DNA of 64,000 nt, taken from Bacteroidales bacterium (GTDB lineage: Bacteria; Bacteroidota; Bacteroidia; Bacteroidales; UBA7960). Positions within the stretch are counted from its first letter, which is position 1. Each line of letters starts with the position of its first letter. The DNA lies in contig SLKR01000045.1 of the NCBI GenBank assembly GCA_007134525.1, forward strand, positions 7,621 through 71,620. The letters are read 5' to 3'. The translations under genes and the position numbers were made by a program. Positions 28,370 to 37,738 of the stretch are shown here, in pieces. The notes below the pieces were generated by a model, which searched no databases, was not told where the DNA came from, and saw nothing but the letters and a program-made list of their open reading frames with translations.

Positions 28370-28542
28370 GTTACTGAGTTTTATTATTATGCCTTTTGCC
28401 GGTAATCAAAGTTATAGAGTCAACACAAAATTACATTAATTTTTTCTTCGGCCGTAATTCCGGTAAACACCGGCGGGTATCGGTGCGACAGGGGCTGATC
28501 CGCTTCTTTTTTGTAACTTCGCAAGATAAAACAATCCCGATA

Positions 28543-29229
28543 ATGACAACTGATCCAAGGTACATCCGCAACGAAAACATGCTCAGCCCCGCAGAGAACA
28601 AAAGCCTTGGGAAGTTCAGGGTCGCAGTGGCAGGCTGTGGAGGGCTCGGGGGCTATATAACAGAGATGCTGGCCCGTTTGGGCATAGGACACCTGACACT
28701 GATCGACGGTGATGTTTTTGAGGCATCGAACCTGAACCGGCAGTTATTGTCATTGCCGGGAAACCTCGGAAAGCCTAAGGCGGTGGAGGCGGGTAAAAGG
28801 GTTAATCTTGTAAATCCCGGTACAAGCGTTGATATAAAACAGGTTATGCTAAACCGGGATAATGCCGGAGAGATTCTCAGGGGTCATGATATTGTATGTG
28901 ACGCCCTGGACAACATAAAAACCAGGAAGATACTGGAAGAGACTGCCACTGACCTTGGAATACCAATGGTGTTTGGAGCAATTGCAGGTTGGTATGCGCA
29001 TATAGGCAGTATAATGCCGGGGGCAGGGATGCTTGACAAGCTTTACCCTGAAGGTGAGGGAAAAGGAGCCGAAAAAGATATGGGCAACCCCTCTTTTACA
29101 CCGGCACTTGCAGCATCAATCCAGGTGGCGGAAACATTAAAGATATTACTTAAAAAAGAAGGCGTGCTAAAAAACAGGCTTCTTATGATAAATACCCTGG
29201 ATCATAAATACGAGGTTATTGATATATGA
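28543..29229 (+). CDS. ThiF/MoeB/HesA-family E1-like adenylyltransferase
   Basis: Nucleotide-binding GCGGLGG and SNLNRQ motifs. The start is set at the MTTDPRYI Met. No rhodanese domain is present. Confidence 0.8.
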   Translation: MTTDPRYIRNENMLSPAENKSLGKFRVAVAGCGGLGGYITEMLARLGIGHLTLIDGDVFEASNLNRQLLSLPGNLGKPKAVEAGKRVNLVNPGTSVDIKQVMLNRDNAGEILRGHDIVCDALDNIKTRKILEETATDLGIPMVFGAIAGWYAHIGSIMPGAGMLDKLYPEGEGKGAEKDMGNPSFTPALAASIQVAETLKILLKKEGVLKNRLLMINTLDHKYEVIDI

Positions 29230-30401
29230 TTCTCTTTGAAAAGGCACTGTCAGTTGTAATGGGAAATGTACACAAAACCGGCACCGAACGTGCAGGGTTT
29301 AGGGAGTCTCTTGGCCGTGTACTTGCCGGAGATGTGTTGTCGGATGTAGATATGCCGCCTTTCGACAAGGCTGCCATGGATGGGTTTGCCTGCAGGCGTT
29401 CGGACCTTGACAGCGAATTGAAGCTTACCGGTGTTATAGCTGCAGGAGAGGTCGCAGCTGCCGGAATATCAAAGGGAGAATGCATGAAGATAATGACAGG
29501 CGCAATGTTGCCTGAAGGTGCCGACACGGTGATAATGGTAGAGCATAGCAGGGAGAACAAAGACGGGTATGTCAGGTTCACAGGCAGCAAGACCATGCCC
29601 AATATTGCATACAGGGGAGAGGATGTAAAACGGGGAGATCCTGTACTGAAAAAGGGGACACTCATAAAACCACAGCATATTGCGATACTCGCGGCAACAG
29701 GGTGTACCGAACCACTTGTTGCAAAAATACCTGGAGTTTCGATAATTGCAACGGGTGATGAACTCGTTGACCCCCCTGAAATGCCCGGCCCGGGCAAGAT
29801 CAGGAACAGTAACGGGTTTCAGCTCGAGGCCCAGGTCAGGGATATGAACTGCAGAGTGATTAGATCCGTACACACATCAGACAGAATAGAAGATTTAACC
29901 CGGGCAATAAACAGTGCACTTGATGAGAGTGATGTCGTAATTGTGACAGGGGGTGTATCCGCCGGAGATTTCGACTTTGTGCCCGGAGTTATGCGCGACA
30001 GCAATGTTGAAATACTTTTCGATAAAGTAGCTGTCAAGCCAGGACGTCCAACCGTTTTCGGACGCAGGGGCACATCACGCATTTTCGGCCTGCCGGGCAA
30101 CCCGGTTTCTTCATTCATTATATTTGAAACTATGGTAAAGCCCCTTCTGTATTCCATGATGGGGTACAATAACGAGTCCGTGGAGGATATGAAACCACTT
30201 GGAATAGACTTTAAGAGGAAAAAGGCGGACAGAATGGAATTCCTACCTGTCAGGCAAGCCGGGAACGGAGAAGTCGTGCCATTGGAGTATCACGGCTCGG
30301 CACACATTCACGCAATTTCCCTGTCAAGCGGACTTATGCGTATACCCAGGGGAGTTGACTTAATTAAAAAGGGATCATTAGTATATGTTAGACCGGTATA
30401 A
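29226..30401 (+). CDS. moeA: Molybdopterin molybdotransferase MoeA
   Basis: PPFDKAAMDGFA, ATGDEL, TGGVSAGDFD and GLPGNPVS. It overlaps the upstream gene by 4 nt. Confidence 0.9.
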   Translation: MILFEKALSVVMGNVHKTGTERAGFRESLGRVLAGDVLSDVDMPPFDKAAMDGFACRRSDLDSELKLTGVIAAGEVAAAGISKGECMKIMTGAMLPEGADTVIMVEHSRENKDGYVRFTGSKTMPNIAYRGEDVKRGDPVLKKGTLIKPQHIAILAATGCTEPLVAKIPGVSIIATGDELVDPPEMPGPGKIRNSNGFQLEAQVRDMNCRVIRSVHTSDRIEDLTRAINSALDESDVVIVTGGVSAGDFDFVPGVMRDSNVEILFDKVAVKPGRPTVFGRRGTSRIFGLPGNPVSSFIIFETMVKPLLYSMMGYNNESVEDMKPLGIDFKRKKADRMEFLPVRQAGNGEVVPLEYHGSAHIHAISLSSGLMRIPRGVDLIKKGSLVYVRPV

Positions 30402-31185
30402 CAGAAAGATAAATTACCTGCGCATCTCCGTAACCGATCGCTGCAATTTACGCTGCAATTACTGCATGCCTGAAAACGACCCATGCCTTCTCAGTCATGA
30501 CGACATACTTACATTTGAGGAAATACAGCAGGTTGTAGCCGTTGCCGTACCACTTGGCATCGACAAGATCCGGCTAACAGGCGGAGAGCCCCTGGTAAGA
30601 AGGGATATTATCAACCTTGTATCAATGATATCGGCAGTACCAGGGCTTAAAGACCTTGGAATGACCACAAACGGCATACTGCTGGATAAATATGCAAAAA
30701 GGCTTTCTGCAGCTGGCCTGAAACGGGTGAACATAAGCCTCGACACAGTAAATCCTGAAAAATTCAGGGAGATAACCAGGGGAGGCGATATTAACAAAGT
30801 CTTCAGGGGGATCAGTGCAGCAAAAGAAGCCGGCCTTCTGCCTGTAAAAGTGAATTGCGTAATAGACAGCAGTACCGGAGAGGAAGATGCAATGGCTGTT
30901 GGCACTTACTGCCGTGAAAACGACCTGGATATAAGGTATATACCAAAAATGGACCTGGAAACAGGAAAGTTTGGCATCGTTCATGGGGGTACCGGCGGGA
31001 ACTGCATTCAATGCAACCGCCTGAGGCTTACGAGCGACGGCAAGGTGAAGCCATGCCTTTTCAGCGACCTGGCCTTTGATATAAGGGAGTTTGGAATTCA
31101 GGAAGCAATCGAACAGGCTCTGCTGTCAAAACCTGAAAAGGGTAGTATTAACCTGAGCAATCTTTTTCATAACATAGGGGGCTGA
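30385..31185 (+). CDS. moaA: GTP 3',8-cyclase MoaA (compact, 266 aa)
   Basis: Radical-SAM CNLRCNYC, GGEPLVR, second cluster CIQCNRLRLTSDGKVKPC and a C-terminal GG. It overlaps moeA by 17 nt. Confidence 0.85.
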   Translation: MLDRYNRKINYLRISVTDRCNLRCNYCMPENDPCLLSHDDILTFEEIQQVVAVAVPLGIDKIRLTGGEPLVRRDIINLVSMISAVPGLKDLGMTTNGILLDKYAKRLSAAGLKRVNISLDTVNPEKFREITRGGDINKVFRGISAAKEAGLLPVKVNCVIDSSTGEEDAMAVGTYCRENDLDIRYIPKMDLETGKFGIVHGGTGGNCIQCNRLRLTSDGKVKPCLFSDLAFDIREFGIQEAIEQALLSKPEKGSINLSNLFHNIGG

Positions 31186-31191
31186 AAAAAT

Positions 31192-31650
31192 ATGAACAAA
31201 TTATCCCATTTAGATAACAGCGGGAAAGCCAGAATGGTGGATGTCGGGGGGAAGGATCAACAAATACGCACTGCAATTGCAGAAGGTGCAATATATATGC
31301 AAAGTGAGACCCTGAAGCTGATCAGGGAAAATCAGATTAAGAAGGGCGATGCCCTTACTGTTGCAGAGATAGCAGGGATACAGGCTGCCAAAAAAACTCA
31401 CGATCTGATACCACTGTGTCACCCGCTGCAGATCTCCTGCGTAGAAGTAACTACAGAACCATTCAGCCTAAAGGGAAAACATGGCATAATCATACGGTCT
31501 GTTGTGAAATGCAGGGGAAGAACCGGGGTCGAAATGGAGGCCCTGACTGCAGTAAGTGTAGCACTTCTTACGGTATATGATATGTGCAAGGCAGCTGACA
31601 AGGATATGAAAATAGACAACATCCGCCTTATCGAAAAAAAGAAGGAGTAA
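31192..31650 (+). CDS. moaC: Cyclic pyranopterin monophosphate synthase MoaC
   Basis: SHLDNSGKARMVDVGGK, KGDALTVAEIAGI and LIPLCHPL. Confidence 0.9.
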   Translation: MNKLSHLDNSGKARMVDVGGKDQQIRTAIAEGAIYMQSETLKLIRENQIKKGDALTVAEIAGIQAAKKTHDLIPLCHPLQISCVEVTTEPFSLKGKHGIIIRSVVKCRGRTGVEMEALTAVSVALLTVYDMCKAADKDMKIDNIRLIEKKKE

Positions 31651-31654
31651 AAGC

Positions 31655-32584
31655 ATGGAAATCAAAATATTATCAGTCAATATATCAGAAGAAAAGGGAA
31701 CTGTAAAAAAACCCGTCGGGGAGATAACCTTCAGCAAAATTGGCGTAATGGACGACGCCCATGCAGGTCACTGGCACAGGCAGGTGAGTTTATTGGGGAA
31801 GGAAAGCATAGACAGGTTCTCAAAAACTGCAGGCAGGGAAATTGCCTTCGGCGAATTTGCCGAGAACCTGACAACAGAAGGGATGGAACTTGTTTCAACC
31901 TCTCCCCTTGACCGTTTCAGCGGTGAAAATATTGAGCTAGAGGTAACACAGATTGGCAAGGCCTGTCATGGATCAACGTGTGCCATTTTCAGGGAGGTCG
32001 GAAACTGCGTGATGCCAAAGGAAGGTATATTCGCAAGGGTTATCCGTCAGGGCTCTGTCAGGCCCGGAGATATACTTCATTACAAACCAAGGGTATTCCG
32101 TTTTCATGTTGTGACTATAAGTGACAGGGCAAGCAAGGGGATATATTCCGACCGGAGCGGGCCGCGCATTATGAATATACTCAACGGGCATTTTGACGGA
32201 AAGCCAAGGCAGATAGAGATAAATCACAGCACCATACCCGATGATGCATCCAGCCTGAGCGTATTGATAGAGAAAAGCACATATGATGACGTCGATGTAA
32301 TAATAACTACGGGAGGAACCGGTATCGGCCCGAGAGACATAACTGTTGAGACACTTAAACCGATGCTTGATATGGAGATCCCGGGTATAATGGAAATGAT
32401 CAGGGTCAAGTATGGCAAAGACAAACCCAATGTACTGCTAAGCAGGAGTATTGCAGGGCTTATAGGAAACACACTGGTTTATACACTTCCAGGCAGCGTG
32501 AAGGCTGTCAACGAATATATGGAAGAGATTCTCAGAAATCTTGAACATGCCATTTACATGCGCCATGGACTTGACATCCACTAA
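31655..32584 (+). CDS. MOSC domain fused to MogA/MoaB-type molybdopterin adenylyltransferase domain
   Basis: N-terminal ~145 aa has DDAHAGHWHRQVSLL, GENLTTEG-like and LEVTQIGKACH (MOSC). The C-terminal half has ISDRAS, TTGGTGIGPRD and LPGS (MoCF_biosynth). Confidence 0.8.
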   Translation: MEIKILSVNISEEKGTVKKPVGEITFSKIGVMDDAHAGHWHRQVSLLGKESIDRFSKTAGREIAFGEFAENLTTEGMELVSTSPLDRFSGENIELEVTQIGKACHGSTCAIFREVGNCVMPKEGIFARVIRQGSVRPGDILHYKPRVFRFHVVTISDRASKGIYSDRSGPRIMNILNGHFDGKPRQIEINHSTIPDDASSLSVLIEKSTYDDVDVIITTGGTGIGPRDITVETLKPMLDMEIPGIMEMIRVKYGKDKPNVLLSRSIAGLIGNTLVYTLPGSVKAVNEYMEEILRNLEHAIYMRHGLDIH

Positions 32585-32606
32585 AAGCTGCAGCCTGAAA
32601 ATTCAA

Positions 32607-33833
32607 TTACCTGGGTCTTAGAACACCCTCTTCATATTTCACCACAAAGGCATCCTTTACTCCCTGGCCCCATATTCTCTGCATCTGTAATATGGCATCT
32701 TCCAGGTTGTTGTAACGACCAGAAATATATTTATACCAGCCATTAATATGGAGTTTTTCCATATTTGTATTGACCCCCAGGAATTTCTGAGCCTCTTCAA
32801 TTGTGAGGTCTTCCTTTAGGGCCATTACCTGCACTGAATAGAAGGTTTCAGGCATTTTTTCCATCTCATCCAGGCGGTTCTCAAGCATCAGTACCTGACG
32901 GGAAAGGTCTTCAATCGCTCCGAAAACCTGTGTGGTCTGCCTTCCCAGGCTGGTCTGTGTCTCAGCCACATCTGAAACTTCAACCCTCAGATCGTCAATA
33001 TCCCCGCGGTATGTTGCATCCAGCTGGTCGATACGTTCTTCAGTGCTTCTGTTGCGTTCTGCCAGACGCTCCAGCCTTGACGGGTCGCCCGGATACATAA
33101 CCTGGGCAGGAGGGGCCCAGTCCATAGACCTGGTATTACGGCCAAGCCTTATGGTGATCCCCACCCCGGTATAGTTATACATATCGCGGCTGCTGCCTGT
33201 AACCTCATAAATATCGAGTCTGTCAGTATTGATATATCTGAAAGTTGACTCTATACCAATGTCAATCCTCTCAGACACCCTGAAGTTCATGCCAAGTCCA
33301 AACGGAATAACAAGGTGACGGCTAAGGCCTTCCTCCTGAATAACATTACCCGTTGAGTAATCCATCAGCTCGGTCTCATAACCAATTAAACCGGCACCCA
33401 ATATGCTGTAAAAACTGAACCACTCATTTGAACTCCTGTGCGGTGCGAAAAGCCCGCTCAAACTTACCCTGGCATTCAGGCTTCCTTCCATTATACGGGA
33501 GTCAAACTGCAGGTCAGCCTCCTGGTCAATGCCTTTGAGATTGCCATACAGAAAGTTTGTCTGCAGGGTAAACACCGGAGAGATATGGTAGTTGAGCCTG
33601 AACTCCCCTCCGAATGCCAGTTCGTCTGAATGAGGCATAATCTCGCTGTCCTTGATATCGGTAAAAGATGTCATCAACCCGCCGCTGAAACCAAATGAGA
33701 ACCTGTTGTACTCCTGCTCAGCTGCTATGTCAGATACCAGGTCATTATCATCCATGGCTATAACGGTAAATGGCAGTAGAACAGATATCAGCAGCAAGGC
33801 AAAAGGTGCTGATATTAACTTATAAGTATTCAT
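32607..33833 (-). CDS. Outer-membrane beta-barrel domain + coiled coil + C-terminal SPOR domain protein
   Basis: Signal peptide. The N-terminal ~230 aa has beta-strand pattern. The central RLERLAERNRSTEERIDQLD is coiled coil. The C-terminal FYSVQVMALKEDLT...NGWYKYISGRYNNLEDA is SPOR-like. Confidence 0.65.
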   Translation of the reverse strand: MNTYKLISAPFALLLISVLLPFTVIAMDDNDLVSDIAAEQEYNRFSFGFSGGLMTSFTDIKDSEIMPHSDELAFGGEFRLNYHISPVFTLQTNFLYGNLKGIDQEADLQFDSRIMEGSLNARVSLSGLFAPHRSSNEWFSFYSILGAGLIGYETELMDYSTGNVIQEEGLSRHLVIPFGLGMNFRVSERIDIGIESTFRYINTDRLDIYEVTGSSRDMYNYTGVGITIRLGRNTRSMDWAPPAQVMYPGDPSRLERLAERNRSTEERIDQLDATYRGDIDDLRVEVSDVAETQTSLGRQTTQVFGAIEDLSRQVLMLENRLDEMEKMPETFYSVQVMALKEDLTIEEAQKFLGVNTNMEKLHINGWYKYISGRYNNLEDAILQMQRIWGQGVKDAFVVKYEEGVLRPR

Positions 33834-33924
33834 TGCAGTATGTTTTGTATATACCTTTTCTTTATCCGGTTATACTCATAACCGGCCCAAAGGTTACATT
33901 CTTGCAGGGTTTTTGGGTATATTA

Positions 33925-35595
33925 TCAGAACAACCCCGTGATATTGCCGTCATTGTCAATATTGATCTTTTCGGCCGAGGGTGCTGAAGGAAGACCGGGC
34001 ATTCGCATAATGGTACCCGCAATCGGTACCAGGAAGCCAGCCCCTGCCGCAACTTCAAATTCCCTGATCTTTATTGCGAAATTTTTAGGCAAGCCCCGTT
34101 TGGAAGGCACATCCGACAGGGATTTCTGTGTTTTGGCTATACACACAGGCAATTTGTCCAAACCGATCTTTTCAAACTGCTCTATCTGCGATCTGGCCTT
34201 CACGGTATACTCAACATTTTCGGCACCATAAAGCTTAGTTGCAATTGTGCTTATCTTCTTCTCTATACCCCAGCTGAAATCATAAATTGGCTCAAAGCAT
34301 GTCTTGCAACTCTCAGCTGCATCCCTGACCATTTCGGCAAGTGCAACGGCACCCTTGCCACCCTTTTCCCAGCCTTCATATACCGCAACCCTTACACCCA
34401 GCTCTTTGCAGCGTTTTATGACTATCTCAATTTCTTGATCAGTATCGGTATAGAACTTGTTTATTGCAACAACGGGGTCAAGCCTGAAGTGCTTAATATT
34501 CTCAATATGTTTCTCAAGGTTGGCAAGCCCCTTTGTTACAGCTTCCTTGTCTGGCTTCTTGAGATCGGCCATTTTGGCTCCTCCATGGTATTTAAGGGCC
34601 CTTATGGTGGCAACTATTACCGAGGCATTCGGTGTCAAACCACCATACTGGCACTTGATATCCAGGAATTTCTCAGCACCAAGTTCCGAGGCAAAACCAG
34701 CCTCGGTAACCACATAATCTGAAAGTGTCAGCCCCATTTTAGTTCCAATGAGGGTGTTTGTACCCTGTGCGATATTGGCAAACGGCCCCCCGTGGACTAT
34801 CGCCGGATTTCCCTCAAGTGTCTGGACCAGGTTAGGCATAATCGCATACTTCATAAGGGCAGTCATTGCTCCCTGTGCATTGATCTCCCTTGCGTAAACC
34901 GGCTCGTCATCATAAGTGAAGCCAACAAGTATGTTCCCGAATTTTTCCTTCAGATCCTCAATATCTTTGGCCAGGCACAAAGCTGCCATTACTTCTGAGG
35001 CAGCAGTAATGTCAAAACCCGTTTCCCTCGGAATTCCCTGGGTGGGGCCCCCGAGACCAATTACTATATTCCTTAAGGCCCTGTCGTTCATATCGACAAC
35101 CCGTTTCCATGCAATTTTCCTCGGATCCAGGTTAAGACTATTGTTCTTGCTCTGCAGATGATTGTCGATCAGTGCCGACAGCAGGTTATGCGCCTTTTCA
35201 ATCGCAGCAATATCGCCCGTAAAATGCAGGTTTATATCTTCCATGGGGATCACCTGGGCATGACCACCTCCTGCCGCACCACCCTTTATACCAAAAACCG
35301 GCCCGAGGGAGGGTTCACGTATAACAACGGTTGACCTTACGCCCAGGCGGTTAAGTCCTTCCGAAAGACCTATTGATGTTGTGGTCTTACCCTCACCTGC
35401 AGGGGTCGGGGTCATTGCCGTAACCAGTATTAGCTTTTTCTTCTTTACCTCATTATCGTCAATTATCCTGAGGGGCAGTTTGGCCATATACTTACCATAG
35501 AGATAAAGGTCATTCTCATTTAATCCAAGTTTTGCGGCTATTTCTGTTATCGGACGCATGTCTGCAGACTTGGCAATCTCAAGATCGGTTTTCAT
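33925..35595 (-). CDS. fhs: Formate--tetrahydrofolate ligase
   Basis: MKTDLEIA..., TPTPAGEGKTTTSIGL and 556 aa colinear with the FTHFS family. Confidence 0.95.
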   Translation of the reverse strand: MKTDLEIAKSADMRPITEIAAKLGLNENDLYLYGKYMAKLPLRIIDDNEVKKKKLILVTAMTPTPAGEGKTTTSIGLSEGLNRLGVRSTVVIREPSLGPVFGIKGGAAGGGHAQVIPMEDINLHFTGDIAAIEKAHNLLSALIDNHLQSKNNSLNLDPRKIAWKRVVDMNDRALRNIVIGLGGPTQGIPRETGFDITAASEVMAALCLAKDIEDLKEKFGNILVGFTYDDEPVYAREINAQGAMTALMKYAIMPNLVQTLEGNPAIVHGGPFANIAQGTNTLIGTKMGLTLSDYVVTEAGFASELGAEKFLDIKCQYGGLTPNASVIVATIRALKYHGGAKMADLKKPDKEAVTKGLANLEKHIENIKHFRLDPVVAINKFYTDTDQEIEIVIKRCKELGVRVAVYEGWEKGGKGAVALAEMVRDAAESCKTCFEPIYDFSWGIEKKISTIATKLYGAENVEYTVKARSQIEQFEKIGLDKLPVCIAKTQKSLSDVPSKRGLPKNFAIKIREFEVAAGAGFLVPIAGTIMRMPGLPSAPSAEKINIDNDGNITGLF

Positions 35596-35672
35596 ATTTT
35601 AAGGGTTTTTTGTTTATATATAATTCTAAACCAATGATATTGCAGTTTTGTTTATATTTTTTTGGGGTTTGG

Positions 35673-36269
35673 CTACATGAAAATATCAACTCCGACCCTG
35701 AAAAACGGGTTATCCATGTAAACATGGCTGTTTTCATTCAGGTTGTATAACAAAAGGAGGTTAAGTGTCAACCGGTCTGACATTCTAATACCATATCCTG
35801 CCCCAATGAAATAATTGTTTTCACTGATTGTGGTGCGGTCATCAGGATCTGATCCCGGGTCAAAGTCAAATGGAGAGAGCCTGGTTTTCAGCCTTAACCT
35901 CTCGTATTCAGTGTGGACGAACAAACCGGAATAAACATTGAAACGTGCAAATGCACTTGCACCGTAAACATGCGAAGAGTAAGAGGTTCCCATCAGGTTA
36001 TCATTAGTATACTGGTAAATACCCCCTGCTCCTGCCGATATATTGTTTGTTATAAGATACCCTGCATGAAGGTTGAGACTGACCGCTGTAAATGTGCCGA
36101 ATTGAAGACCAACAAAGCCACCGACGAAGAATCGCTCACGGACTGTCATATCACTTACATCCCTGTCGGATGAATTAAGTACAAGTGGCCCTGCAAGGGC
36201 CTCTCCGGCATGTAATAAAACAAGGGCCAGTACAACTGCAGGTATCCTGACGATTTTATTCACTTTCAC
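35673..36269 (-). CDS. Small outer-membrane beta-barrel protein (porin-family fold), function unknown
   Basis: Signal peptide and alternating beta-strand pattern with G/Y-rich strands. Confidence 0.55.
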   Translation of the reverse strand: MKVNKIVRIPAVVLALVLLHAGEALAGPLVLNSSDRDVSDMTVRERFFVGGFVGLQFGTFTAVSLNLHAGYLITNNISAGAGGIYQYTNDNLMGTSYSSHVYGASAFARFNVYSGLFVHTEYERLRLKTRLSPFDFDPGSDPDDRTTISENNYFIGAGYGIRMSDRLTLNLLLLYNLNENSHVYMDNPFFRVGVDIFM

Positions 36270-36302
36270 CTTAATATTGTTTTTATTGTCACCTTTTTTG
36301 AC

Positions 36303-37628
36303 TTAGAAATCAAACCCGCTTGCCTCGGCCATTGCCTTTGCCTTTAACAGGCATTCTTCATATTCCCGTTCAGGATCCGAGCCAATTGTGATTGCACTTC
36401 CAGCCATAAACGAAAGATAATTGTTTTTTTTGTTATAAAGAATACTTCTTATTACAACATTCAGGTCAAAATCCTTTTCCGGGCTTATATAACCGACAGA
36501 TCCTGAATACAGCCCCCGGCAGGTATCTTCATAAAGATCAATCAGTTTCATGGCGCTGTGTTTGGGGGCACCTGTCATGGATCCCATGGGAAACGCATTT
36601 TTTATTGCATCAATGAAGTCGTGCTCCGGCCCCAGTGTGGAAGTAACTGTAGATATCATATGGTTCAGCTGCCTGAAGGAATATATGCCAAACAACTCCT
36701 CGACTTTCACGCTGTCTTTTTGGGCTGTTCGCGCAAGATCATTCCTTACAAGGTCTACGATCATCACATTCTCGCTTCTCTCCTTGGGATCATTATAGAG
36801 TTTTTCCCTGAGCAGTTTGTCTTCGGCGTGGTCCTTGCCCCTGGGCCCTGTTCCCTTGACCGGCTGGGATATTATCCCGTTTCCTGTCTTTTTCAAAAAG
36901 CGTTCCGGGCTGGCGCTCACAAGGTATTTGTCACTCAACTTATAAAAGCATGAGAACGGGGGTAGTGAGATGTCATTAAGCTTTTGATACATCATTAGCG
37001 GATCTGCAGATGCATGTTCAGAAAAAAACTCAATGCAGTAGTTCATCTCATAAATATCTCCGGCCTGAATATGCGCCCTGATATCTCTGACCCGGTCAAT
37101 GTATTTTTTTCTATTCACCCTTTGCCTGATTTTGCCACCATGCTTATGATGGCTGCCGCCAGCATTCTCAACTATCCCGGAAATATCGCCAAATACACCT
37201 TCCGGTGATGGCCATTCACCCTCACCAACAAGTGAACCTATCATTATCTCATATTTACCCATTGGATATATCAGGATGCCTGGACTGAAAAAATGACAAA
37301 GAGGCATGCCAATATAGTCGGGGTTTTTTGAGCTAAGCCTCTCAAGCTGATTCTTCAGCTCATAGCTGAAAAAGCCAAACATCCAATCATTGCAGGAGTT
37401 GCTGAACTCACGGAGTTCTTCGAATACCTTCCCGCCTGTACCCCTGTATTCAGGGCCTGAGCCTATGCCGAGTATCCAGGGCAGCCTTGTATATTTGTCG
37501 TTTCTGTAACCGTTTGAGTTCAGCAAAACAACGGTATCTGCAATTCCATCAGCCCACCGTAGCCACCCGGGCAACAGCTCCACCACAGGCTTTTGTGTTT
37601 TAAATGCTTTAAAGACCCTTGCTGTCAT
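36303..37628 (-). CDS. pabB: Aminodeoxychorismate synthase component I / chorismate-binding enzyme
   Basis: GDIYEMNYC, SPERFL, PVKGT, NVMIVDLVRND, AFPMGSMTGAPK and GYISPEKDFDLNVVIR. Confidence 0.8.
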   Translation of the reverse strand: MTARVFKAFKTQKPVVELLPGWLRWADGIADTVVLLNSNGYRNDKYTRLPWILGIGSGPEYRGTGGKVFEELREFSNSCNDWMFGFFSYELKNQLERLSSKNPDYIGMPLCHFFSPGILIYPMGKYEIMIGSLVGEGEWPSPEGVFGDISGIVENAGGSHHKHGGKIRQRVNRKKYIDRVRDIRAHIQAGDIYEMNYCIEFFSEHASADPLMMYQKLNDISLPPFSCFYKLSDKYLVSASPERFLKKTGNGIISQPVKGTGPRGKDHAEDKLLREKLYNDPKERSENVMIVDLVRNDLARTAQKDSVKVEELFGIYSFRQLNHMISTVTSTLGPEHDFIDAIKNAFPMGSMTGAPKHSAMKLIDLYEDTCRGLYSGSVGYISPEKDFDLNVVIRSILYNKKNNYLSFMAGSAITIGSDPEREYEECLLKAKAMAEASGFDF

Positions 37629-37738
37629 ACTTTTACAAAGATACTTTAATGAAGTTTTGCTTTGATCCTATAAATATAAATTTTACATTTGAATAACTTA
37701 CATGCATCATTCACCAAAACTGTTAAGGAGGCCTTAAA

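Noticed and set aside
28396-28542. Two ideas were considered here. One was a TTG-started N-terminal extension of the ThiF-like ORF. The other was that the leader is a Moco riboswitch.
   Set aside because: The extension (MPVIKVIESTQNYINFFFGRNSGKHRR...) has no similarity to E1 enzymes and covers the hairpin/terminator-like sequence. The Met at 28543 gives a normal-length protein. The leader lacks the conserved core strings I remember for the Moco motif, so I do not call a riboswitch. It is kept only as a low-interest structured leader.
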